DNA of 64,000 nucleotides. Source: Octopus vulgaris. Lineage: Eukaryota. The translations under genes were made by a program, and so were the position numbers. Positions 51,700 through 64,000 of the stretch are shown here, piece by piece. The DNA lies in assembly GCA_951406725.2 (NCBI GenBank), contig OX597818.1:20770001-20834000 (forward strand). Reading direction: 5' to 3'. Positions within the stretch are counted from its first letter, which is position 1, and every line of letters begins with the position of its first letter. The notes below the pieces were generated by a model. It was not told the DNA's origin and made no database searches. It saw only the letters and a program-made list of their open reading frames with translations.

Positions 51700-52876
51700 G
51701 ATAGACGGGGGATGACCAGTCCAGCAGAGAAACCTGATGGGTTTTAAGTGAATATAATATTGGCAAATATAGATATTAGTAACCTTTTTTGTCTAATTGT
51801 ACTGAACGATGTGTAATTAGTGTTATCTGAAGGCTTTCCCATAACTTTACACACATATTTGTCTGAAAGTTCAGCATGTGTTGAATTATTGCCATAATTT
51901 CCTGATAAATGGAAGCTTTCAGCTCATCCAGTCGTTATTGTTTATTGACAAACACTGTCCCTTTGAGGCAACCCCATAGGAAATAAATAATCACTCACTT
52001 AAATACCATGTGATTGAGTAAGCCATGACATGTCAAGGAGCTGAGAAGGAATGCCATTAGTAAACATTTCTTTAATATCCCCCAATGGATGTTTTTCCTG
52101 CTTGAACGATTGCTCTGTCTCACTGAAACCATACGTGTCACATATATTCAAGTCTGGGGAAAAGAGGTCTCACAACATTAACACACACCGATCAGACTTC
52201 AATGTTTCCGAATGGCTAGCCTTTTCAAAACAAATATGACCCCCATCACACCAGAATTTTCCACACAGTACCTTTCTGTTGTACTTTTACAGCAAAGAAG
52301 ATGCTCATGAAGCGCAAGTTTCGTTTATTTATACAATCAGACCGATGGAAATGTGTTTCTTCGTCCATGAGAAAAGCCATGTCATTGGTTTGTTTTCTGC
52401 AAACATTTTCCGATTTTCCCAATCATATTTCTTTCTTTCTTTTGCACTATAAAATTGTTGTATAGATAATTTATCATAAATCAAAGTGCAATATTCTTCA
52501 CACACTACAAGTTGTGATGTCTAAGTTTCCTTCCAGACTGTCTAATGACCTCAATATTCTCGATATTTCCGACACTTTGCACACATCACGATGGTTTCTT
52601 CTCCAACGTTAAACCAACCATCTGAAGTTGTCTAGCCAACACAGAATCGTATTCCGACGCGGCGTGTTTTCATGAAAGTCGTCGTTAATGTGCAGACGAA
52701 AATTTCGCTGCGTTTGAATATACAAAGCAACACTTTTAAAAACCATTTCGATCACAAAAGCACGATATCGCACGTTCCACTGCTCCATAGCTACTAACGT
52801 TCATGCCTATATGAACGTGGTTTTTCATTCTTGGCAATCAAACTACCGCCATTTTTATTTTTTTAATCAACCCGGT
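51700..52876 (-). mobile_element. Decayed Tc1/mariner-superfamily transposon
   Basis: Minus strand from 52788: MEQWNVRYRAFVIEMVF...TQRNFRLH...PRRNTILCWLDNFR, later FLMDE and SPDLNICD. Ends are approximate. Confidence 0.7.
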
Positions 52877-53104
52877 TTCCCTGCTGGACTCGGCATAAAT
52901 ATGTGTGTGTGTGTGTGTGTATGCATGTATGTAATGATTAGTAGAATCGTTAGAGCGTTGGACAAAATGTTTAACCATGTATATTACGGCTCTTTACAGT
53001 CAGAGTTAAAATTTCGCCGAGAAATTTTATCTTTCATCTTTTCCAAGCGGACAAACTAAAGTATCAGTGAAATGCAAGGACTGATATAATCGACTGTTCT
53101 CTTG

Positions 53105-53140
<36 letters not shown>

Positions 53141-53388
53141 GTAAGAAATACAGACAGATGGGGCTCCGGATGGATAGATCCACCTTCACTCTTATGTTCT
53201 TATAGGGATGTATATAGACAGACAACTTTACAACAGATATAAAACTTGTGTATGTGACTGTGTGTACGTGTGTGTCTGTGTATTTTGTATGTTACAATGT
53301 CAACTAAAAAGAATATACGCGTGTACGTAAAGAGAAAGAATTCGCCACCACTTACTGCTGATGTTGCAGCTGTTACTACTACTAATAC

Positions 53389-53443
<55 letters not shown>

Positions 53444-55085
53444 GTATCATATCCCGGTGCCATTCTTGCCGAATTATTCAATTAAAAGGCAGGCTACAAA
53501 GAAACGTTTATGAGAAAGAGAAGTTGAAATATTGCGTGAGTGGTAGAAGTGAGAGAAGGGAAAAAGAGAGTGTAAAAGAGACCGTGTGCATCTAATTTAA
53601 ATTTTCTTTCTTCTTTATCGTCTACTTTACTGCCTTCGCTGAGCTCTACTTCGCATTGTGAGCAGATGATACAGCAACTTCGACCTCGACCGGATGCGAA
53701 CTCGGCTCTCTATGAGACGCGTTTCAAACCTGCCACCCACTTGTCAAATTATATAAAAAAAAAAGAATGAGTACAACTGTTTGTACATCACCGAGCCGCC
53801 GCCAATGCTACCGCTAGCGCCACGGTCCCCTCGTACCGATTCCTGTACCATACCGAACTCTATACGAAGCAGCCATTTTGGACGCCGAAGCTAGTGATGT
53901 GGTGTGATGTAACAGCCACTCAAACAATGCTAAATCGTGGAGAAAAAATATATATTGAGATTAACTTCAAATAAACTATACACTTCTCTTGAGTACAAAT
54001 AAATTTTCAACAAAAAAAAAATTAATAAATAAATAAACAGAAGCAAAAGGACATTGGCTTCGTTTGAGCCAAAACAAAAATGTAATAATACATACACAAA
54101 TAGAAACTAATATAAACATATTAACTTGATCGTTTGTGAGACAAAACTGAAAAGAGGGCTATTCACTGATCTAAAGGGTAAGACAAGTAATGAAATAAGC
54201 GAACTCTCGTTTTCGTTTGAAATAACGAAACCGGCAAAAAAATAAATGTTTACATGGCACGAAACTCAAACAAAATGAGAAACTATTGTACCGTTCGCTT
54301 CGAGCGACACAACGAAAGTCAACACAAATAAATAAATATATGTGAGTGTGTGTGCGTATGTGTGTATATGTATGTATGTGTGTGTGTACGTATGTATGTA
54401 TATGTGTGTATGTGTAGATGCGTATGATTGTTTGTATATATATGTGTGTGTGTGTGTACAAAATTTAGACAGGTATTCAAACACACATTTTATGTGCAAA
54501 TGAGTATATATAATTTTATGATATGGGTGTATATATTTAATAAAAACCTAAACAATTATTAAATACAAATGAACATTTATTGATGGTAAATTGAGAAAAA
54601 GTTTAAAAGCAAATGGACGTGAACATTTTTTTTCTTCCGTTGTATCAAAAGGAAAAATAACATACACGCAAACTCACGAATGTATACATACAGATATACA
54701 GATACACGCACACATATATATAGACTCACTTACTCTCTCTCTCTCCCTCACACACACACAAACACACACACACACGCACGCACACACACACACACACACG
54801 CACGCACGCACACACACACACACACACACAAGCATAGACTCAATTTCTCAAACTATACTAATATTGTAATTTTTTTCTCAACTCTAAATGAAAAGATGAG
54901 ACAAAAATGAACGAACGTGATCTGTGCAAATATATATGAATACAAACACACACACACACACATATACATTGATATCTATATATGCACACATATACGTAAA
55001 TACACTATATATGATTATATCTATGTATGCGTGTGTGTATATATACATATATACGTGCATACAATTGATATATGTACAAATATAC

Positions 55086-55146
<61 letters not shown>

Positions 55147-55393
55147 CTCTGTATTGATATATACTCAAATATTGGTATTGGCTGGAGACTTGCTATCTCC
55201 ATCTCGAAGCATCTCATAAAACTTCTAGTCTTTGAAACAAATACAATAAAATATACTGTTTTTAACGAACCGGACTCAGCTGTTGTCAGGCCTGCCTCGA
55301 CCTGAAGAGAACAGAAAACAGATGTTAAAATCAATGAGACCAAAGACCTTGCCTTCGGCGACACAATAGTGCAACGACACACACACAGAGATC

Positions 55394-55855
<462 letters not shown>

Positions 55856-56050
55856 ATCTACATATAGTTATATACATACACACACATACGTATATTGTAT
55901 ACATAAGGCCTTCGAAATCTTCTAAAGTTGTTTATTTTTGTTTGATATTTTCACACAAACGCAGAAACAATAATTCTGTTTAATACTATCTTCCATTGTT
56001 TAAAAGACATCAATGGAACATTCCAAATCAATTTTTTTTTCTTTTCTTCA

Positions 56051-56121
<71 letters not shown>

Positions 56122-56790
56122 TTTATTATCATTATTATTATTATCATTCGTTTCTCTTAGGAATTCTTTTTTTTTTCTGGTGTAATTTTTATCTATATCA
56201 TTTTTTTTCTCATTTATTTCATTTTATGTTATTGCTGTTGTTGATAATCATAATCATAATGATTGCATTGATGATGATATTAATAATGATTATGTTTATG
56301 ATGATGATGACGATGATGATGATGATGATAATGATGAATGTAATGAATGATATAATGTTGATATTTTAAAATATTTTCTCTCACAGAATATGTATTTATT
56401 TAAACAGACATATTTTTCTCTTAACTTTATTTTATCTTTTTTATTTTTCTGTTGTTGTTGTTGTTGTTGTAATTAGTGGTGGTGGTGATGGTGGTGGTGG
56501 TGATGCTTGGTCCAGTATACATTGAAGGACCAGCATACATATAAGACCTTTTTACACCGTTCTTTTACTTGTTTCAGTCATTTAACAGCGGCCATGCTAG
56601 AGCACCGTCTTCAGTCGAAGAAATCGACCTCAGGACTTATTCTTTGTAACCTACTACTTAATCTGTCGTTCTCTTTTGCCGAACCGCTAGGAACGGGGAA
56701 CATAAACACACCAAGATCGGTTGTCAGGCAATGGTTGGGGGACAAACACAGACATACACAAATATATATATGTGTGTGTGTGTATATATG

Positions 56791-56839
<49 letters not shown>

Positions 56840-57377
56840 ATGTCGATTGATTTCTACTTAATCCTTCGAGGCGTTGCCTCAGCATGGCCGCAATCCAATG
56901 ACTGAAACAAGTAAACGAAAAATAACAGAAAGAAACTATATAAAAAATGCATTATATTAATAATTAAACATGTTTAAATATCAAAAGTACAGCAATACTT
57001 TTATTATATTATTCAACTAGAAGCTAACTGGATTAGCAACCTAGAAGAAAAGAAGAACCTCCTGACTTCACCACCCAAAAGCTGATAGAGAGACAGTAAT
57101 ATTTATCCCTGACATTGAGACATAAAGGAAAGCGACAACTATAAGACTATTATAAAATAACCTTTACAGAGCTATAAAAATTATGGAATCTAATATAAAA
57201 TGCTATAAAATATGGACAAGGCAAAAATCATTTTCCGCCTCCTGGAAGGCCATGTTGAGTTTACAAACAGCTCTTTAAGAAGATACGAAAACAACAACAG
57301 ATGACATATGCATTTGAATATAATTGAATATAAAGATAAGTGTATATATATATATATATACATATATTTGTATCTTC

Positions 57378-57409
<32 letters not shown>

Positions 57410-57507
57410 TGATTGATATACATATATATCTATGTGTATGCATGTATATATATATATACATGAATACACATAGATATATATGTATGTCTATATATATATA
57501 TATCAAT

Positions 57508-57570
<63 letters not shown>

Positions 57571-57730
57571 TAGATATATGTACACACGCAGACACAAAAA
57601 TATACATATACATACATACATACATACATACATACATACATACATACATACATACATACATACATACATACATACATACATACATACATACATACATACA
57701 TACATTATGAGATAAAAAAAACATGAAGCA

Positions 57731-57899
57731 GCATGAATGTGATATTCCTTTATTTCATGTGTTACATATGTTTCTGTGTTCGATAATTAATGATGTCATA
57801 TTATAAATGCTCTCAGTAAATTGCATTTATAATATATCATTAATTCTCGAAACAAGGAAATATATGAATCAAACGAAATAAAGAATCACAAATTCATGC
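57731..57899. repeat. Imperfect AT-rich palindrome
   Basis: gcatgaat...tttatttc...aattaatgat...atattataaatgc / gcatttataatat.tcattaatt...gaaataaa...attcatgc. Confidence 0.75.
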
Positions 57900-58122
57900 G
57901 TCTTGTTATTTGTCCTTTCTTTGTTTGATTGTTTGTTTTTCTCATAATACACGTTGTCTTTATATTACGTCATATCCCTATTCGGGCCACATAGAACCTT
58001 AGGGGACAACACAACAGAGGTACTTTAGCGTGATTACTATTAACAGCCGCAACCAACGCGGCAGTTTTGTTGCGCCCTTAGCGTATCCGTTCCACTTAAA
58101 TACTGTATACGCATATACAAAT

Positions 58123-58153
<31 letters not shown>

Positions 58154-58163
58154 CCCTCTTTCA

Positions 58164-58210
<47 letters not shown>

Positions 58211-58213
58211 TGC

Positions 58214-58244
<31 letters not shown>

Positions 58245-58384
58245 TGTATATATAAATGTATATGTATATATATATACACACACATACACACACATACACA
58301 TATATATATATATGTATATATATACATATATATATGTGTGTGTGTGTGTGTGTATACCTAATTCAAAACACGGGGAAAAATAAA

Positions 58385-58560
58385 AATAAAACAAAGACAA
58401 ATGTGAGGACAAGCAAAATATTAAATCGACGCTCGGAAAAGGAAAAGAATAGTAGTTTTACGTTTCGAGCACAGCTCTTCTTCGGAAACAGGAAAAACAA
58501 GAAAATCCAAAAGGAAAATAAAGAAAGAGGAAAAACATTGCCAATGACCCAAGCGTGGGT
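58385..58560 (-). mobile_element. Family-A hammerhead-like short repeat
   Basis: Reverse complement of 58455-58489: gttt CCGAAGA a gagc tgt gctc GAAA cgt a aaac. Confidence 0.62.
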
Positions 58561-58705
58561 TATATTTTTGAAGTGACCGGAAGTAGAAGGACAAACAGAA
58601 AGTATTTTCTGAGACAGGAGAGTGTGAAGATTGTCGTCATATTTGTATGTATGTATGTATGTATGTATGTATGTATGTATGTATGTATGTATGTATGTAT
58701 GTATG

Positions 58706-58737
<32 letters not shown>

Positions 58738-58932
58738 ATAGCATGTAAATATTGAGTTTTAAAAAATCTGGGTGGGAAAAAAATCGAAAGTAACCCGTGA
58801 GATGTGAACCCGCATCTTCTGCAAACATGATAGACGTCTCTTCGACGTTTTCCATTACAGGGGTATTCAAACCCAATATTTATTCGCTACTCTTAAGAGG
58901 TTTGTCTACTTCGGGTTCCACTGTTAAAAGCG

Positions 58933-59037
<105 letters not shown>

Positions 59038-60266
59038 GAGGCATAGCTGAGTGAGAAGTCACGTAGACTGGAAGTAATGCTGATTGTATAGAATACGCGC
59101 AGAAAAGAGACGATACAAGTACACATCACAATGGCTTCTCGCAGAATGACAAAGTGACCATGTTCTAGAACATACTGAATCACAAAGATGCGAAGATGAA
59201 AGCAGCCGAACAGACATTACTGTCATATAAAATGAGGGGAAAAAATGTCGCCTAATTGATGTATATATTGCAACGGGTAACAATATATCTCTAAAAGAAA
59301 TGGTTTTAAAAAAAAACTAACTAAATATAAAAAAAAATCTGGGGATAGAGATATGCAGAATATAATTGAAAAGAGTAACAATCCTCATGATAATAGGTGG
59401 TTTGGAAGTGGTGATAAAAAAATCAGGAGACATAAAGATAAAAAAATATCACACCAGCACTTACACGCGTAGCTGCCCCTACACACGTTCACTGTATAAA
59501 GAAAATATCACTACGCTGTATTGTATACAGATTTCGCGGACTACTTTCAATGTAACCGAAAAATACAAAAACGAAACCGAACAAAACATTGCACGTAGCC
59601 AAGGAAAAGAATGCATGCAACAACAAAGACTTCTGGGATAATATTGATTTCTAACATGGCACGAAGCTTCAGATTTTGTGGGGAGAATATATTCGATTAA
59701 TTCGACGCCCAATACTCTGGAATGATATTAATGAGAGATTCTTAAATTATCAAGAAATATGCATCTTTTCAAGAGCTAGATTGTCATTTGCCTCCGTGTT
59801 CATCCTATAAAATATAGTATTTTTTCTCCTCTCCGTAAATCCAATGTATACTTAACTGCTTGCTACAATGATCAATGCCAGTTCCCCCTGACAACCAATA
59901 CTGAAGGGTCGTTCATATATTCAGTCCTGCAAAGGAAAATTATTATTTCTGGAATCAACAAAATAAGAACCACTCAAGCACTCGGCTGAACCGTTCCTTC
60001 CAACTAAAGGAGGAATTATTATTTTTATTGTTTTGTCATTATTATTCGTTTTCACAGAATGTACGTGTTTGCTCGTTCGTAAGTCATTCGTTCTTCATTT
60101 TGTTTCCAAAAGTTGTTCATTGCTTATTTTGTTACTAAACGTTTTTCAAAACCATTGCCTTTGCATAGCTTTGGTTGTTTTGCGTTGTTAGTGCCACTTT
60201 GGGGGCTGAAACCTAAAAAAAAAAAAAATTAATTTTGTTTCGAAAATTTTTTTTTCAAAAACCAAC

Positions 60267-63150
60267 TTGGTGAAGCCAGCCTTGCTGGAGGATATGGAAG
60301 CGGAGATGAGAGGTGGTTCAGATAGAGAGGTGCAAGACGCCGTAGTACCCTCCGCCTACTACCCACAAATAGAAGGGGAGGCGAGCACCCAGCAGGTCCA
60401 AAGTCCAGTGAATGAAATTATCTATTTCTTTACTACCCACAAGAGACTAAACACAGAGAGAACAAACAAGGACAGACAAACGGATTAAGTCGATTACATC
60501 AACCCCAGTGCATAACTGGTACTTAATTTATCGACCCCGAAAGGATGAAAGGCAAAGTCGAATTTGAACTCAGAACGTGACGTCAGACGAAATACGGCTA
60601 CGCATTTCGCCCGGCGTGCTAACGTTTCTGCCAGCGCGCCGCCTTCCAGTGAATGAAATTACCACTAAGTCAACCAATAGCAGCATATTCAGCGACATTA
60701 CAACGCAAGGTCATAATTCAAATTACAAACTTGAACTACCCACAATCAATGGAAATATGCTAAAGACAGCAATTAGCAGTAGTAACAAGAATACGAGCAC
60801 AACCACAATCTATACTTCCACCAATACATCGAATTAAATTGTAATCAACAACGACAGCAATATCAATAACAATACATTCGCTGCAACGCCAGTGAAAAGC
60901 AAAGAATTGTTTAATATGGATCTTCAGAAAGATATTGTTTAGCTGAGGCAGCTAAATTGATAAGGCTGGAGAAAGCGCGGCCGAACATTACCATCCACTC
61001 CATGAGGAGTTGGCAGAGACAAAAAAGAAAACAGTTATATACAAATGCATTTCTGTAAACACAAAGCGGCCGAGATGCATTTCTGTAAACACAAAGCGGC
61101 TAGTCAGGTGGATGTAGAAGGGGTACTGAAAGAAATAATGCCCGATATTCTACATACATCGTGGGCTAAACAGTTTTGTGGGCGTTTCAGTACTCTTTAA
61201 ATCTGAATCTGTGGCCTTCAAACACTCCGTGGTTCCCTTCGGAGTGAAAAATATATGCTCCATCCATCCTATTTAGGAAGGACGATGGTGCTCATGAAGA
61301 TCGCAAATTGTGGTGGATTTTAGCTATAATTGTTTGGAATAGCCTCCTGGAGGTGAAGAGAACCCGTCGCGAAAGTTGATGTGGGACCAGTGTGGAAGTG
61401 CTCCTCCACATTAAACCAGAAGCAATTCATAAGATCCCATATCTCATTCGCCTCCCAGGAGGAGAAGAACTACACGTTACAGCTGAGGGTAGAAGGCCAC
61501 AGTGCCACCTGTGTGGAGAGAGATGCTACTTGAAAGCTTTCTTCTCCCAACAGAAGACAGGAAACCGTGGAAGCCTCTTGCTGCTAACACCCGGTCCCCA
61601 AAAGCTTCAACAATCAAATAAGCAACGATCAGCAACAAATGCAGCTCCAACCTGGGCAACAACGGCATCATCAGCAATAGGAACAGCAAAATCATTAAAT
61701 GCTGAAAGACCACCAGCAACATCATCTACAAAAGCAATACCAGCAGTTACAGCACCAACAACACCAACACCAACAGATGCACCACCATCACTCCCGTTAA
61801 CAGCAGAAAGAATAATAAATAAATACGGACACACATAGCACTCAGGGGCTCTCCCCGACAAATCTCTCCCCACCCTCTCTCTCTCTCCATCTACTCCAAA
61901 CCCAAATACTTTCATTGACTCGCACCCTAATTCTACAGACACGGATTCCTTTGCAACACGCATTGAAAATGAGGGGAACTCCAAAAACAAAAAAAAGGAA
62001 TCACAAGAAAACAACATGCCCCAACCCCCATCAACACATATACCAAAACACAGGAAATATACTCACAACTATCACAGACACACCTACAGCAACACCAACC
62101 CCTCTATCGTCATCATGAACAGCTCCACCAACACTACTCCAGCTGCATCAACCGACCAATAGCAACAAGCAGCCACACAAACACCAAACTTCGTGCTAGT
62201 GAGAAGGACCAACAAACAAGTGTTAGATCTCGAATGAAGGATGTCAAGAGAGAAGGTGTGATCTTTGGCACCAGCACCTTTCAAGTATCAGAAACACTAG
62301 TGTTGGTGCGAATGCCTATAGAGTCATAAAAAATATTAGGAGAATTTCCCTCAAGACGTGGAACCCCTAATGTAAAATACACGTGCAGGCTTTTAAGGAG
62401 GTTCCCAGAGGAAGCCCGACAACTCATGGTCATTGAGCCACCTGACCTCCAGTAGCACCACCCGGGGCTAAGTAGACACCCTTTTGAGTCTTCTCAAAAT
62501 TTTGTCCGGTCATCATGGCGTGTTTAAGAGTAGGTAGTACAAATGTTCATGGCGTGGGGTCGCCCTGGATGCAGGGTCACCTCTTCAAGTTACTAGCTAT
62601 GGATGTGACAACCGTCAGCGAAAGTAGGACTTCTGACACATGCGATCTAACTTTGATTTTCGATGATTTTGAGAGCTTCGCATCTTTTAGTCGCCTGGAA
62701 TGGGAGGCGCGGTGGCAGTGCTGTTGTGGAAAGGCCTGTATTTCGAGGTACGGATGATCTTGCTGAACTCGGAAGGTAAGTTGGTGTTCCTTGATGTGAG
62801 CGAAAGCGAAGGTGGTGCTTTCAAACCAGTCGCTGTGTACGCCTCAGCTGGGGTGGGGCAACCAGATTTCTTCAGGCGTTTGCAGGTTTTCTTTGGAATG
62901 TCTCACTCGTTAGTTCTGGTGGGCGATTGGAACGCCATCTTGGACGCACAGCTGGATTGGGTGGGGCAGGATGCAAAAGCCTCACAAACCTGCTCAGTCG
63001 CTTCCAATTAGCTGACATGAGCTAACAGTATCAGGTCTTCCAGATCGTATCTAGATAGAGTAGTTTGTAGGCCTGCAGATAGAAGTAGCATGTTGTCCAC
63101 AGCTCAAAGTCGTCGGCTACACAGACCATAATTTTTCAATGCCAGGTACG
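60267..63150 (+). mobile_element. Decayed L1/Tx1-like LINE: gag-like ORF1 remnant and AP-endonuclease start of ORF2
   Basis: ELHVTAEGRRPQCHLCGERCYLKAFF is a degenerate zinc knuckle. From 62515: STNVHG, VSESR, GGAVAVL, EGKLVFLDV, VAVYA, LVLVGDWNAILD, YLDRV, TDH (APE motifs). No RT domain follows. Confidence 0.78.
60421..60644 (-). mobile_element. Family-1 SINE with 17-bp target-site duplication
   Basis: tccagtgaatgaaatta at 60404-60420 and at 60645-60661 flanks the SINE. Confidence 0.9.
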
Positions 63151-63699
63151 AAGGTTCTAAGATACAAGGGGATGAAAGCCACTCGACGGGCCCGAGTGGC
63201 GGAGGTGCAGCGTGACAACAAAGCCACAATTTGATATTTGACGGGCTGGACGGGTGCATGCTACACGAATCCAAGCATATGTGTACGGAATTTCAGCGGC
63301 CTTAGTTACAAATGAAGTATTAATGATTTGGTATGAATGCATCGATATATTATAAAATGAACACGCGATAATTCATTAAACGGAAGACACTCGAATGCAC
63401 TAGGTTGATAAAAATAAAGATAGACTAAAAGTTGATGAAAATGTGATGATCACAAGCCACAAGTGTTATTGAAAATGACTACTGTAAGATTCTCTAGGAT
63501 TTATTTGTTCGAACAAATCGTTTAATCGAGACACAGCGATCAAATATGATCATAATAAACGTTGTACGGTACAACCAGCCGTTACACACCAGCGAGTATA
63601 CCTTGGTAACATGTACGATGCGTTCGCTAATTGTTTTAGGTGCTTATATGGCTGCGAGCAGACGTACACATCTCTCAGCCTCTTGAGATTTTTTACTCA

Positions 63700-63905
63700 G
63701 CTGCTCGTCTAAGATGTAAAAACTGGAGGAAGAGTGAGCTGTACCAACACCAGGCTGGTGTTCATTTGCAACTGATTGAAATGGGGCAACGTGAAATCAA
63801 ATGCCTTGCTCGATGACACAACGCATCACCTAGTTCAGGAATCATACTCACGACTTTATGTTCGTGAGCCCAACATCCCTAAAACCTAGGGAATGTATCT
63901 TCACC
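63700..63905 (-). mobile_element. Decayed tRNA-derived SINE
   Basis: Similar to 15480-15660 (caacgtgaaat...ttgctc...acacaac...ggaatc.tactcacgac). Confidence 0.55.
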
Positions 63906-64000
63906 ATAATTAAAATGAATAAAGGAAAATATGTAAGACAATAGATTTTACCGAGTTATATGATAGCAAAGTTAGAATAAAATAAACATGAAACAAGCGC

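Overview
Eukaryotic, AT-rich, microsatellite- and SINE-dense genomic DNA. The repeat landscape suggests an octopod cephalopod; this is inference, as no database was searched. The only supported host gene is a + strand, 8-coding-exon FAM20C-type secretory-pathway (Golgi casein) kinase: 5880-6799, 32172-32299, 33762-33840, 42065-42157, 44626-44738, 45619-45909, 46955-47036, 48550-48835. All introns are GT-AG and the phases join into 1992 nt (663 aa + stop). It has a very Gly-rich stem and a 25.4-kb first coding intron. The rest is repeats: tRNA-derived SINEs (some in tandem), four R4/Dong-like LINE copies stacked in a (TAA)n array, CR1-like and L1/Tx1-like LINE remnants, Tc1/mariner relics and MITEs, Helitron-like elements (one containing a piggyBac fragment) and several long palindromes. 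The most notable signal absent from the ORF track is a set of about ten minimal hammerhead-ribozyme-like motifs (CUGAnGA...GAAA + palindromic helix III, Penelope type), including an inverted pair forming a ~450-nt fold-back. Short candidate terminal exons of a - strand gene lie near the right end. Nearly all other listed ORFs are microsatellite artefacts.
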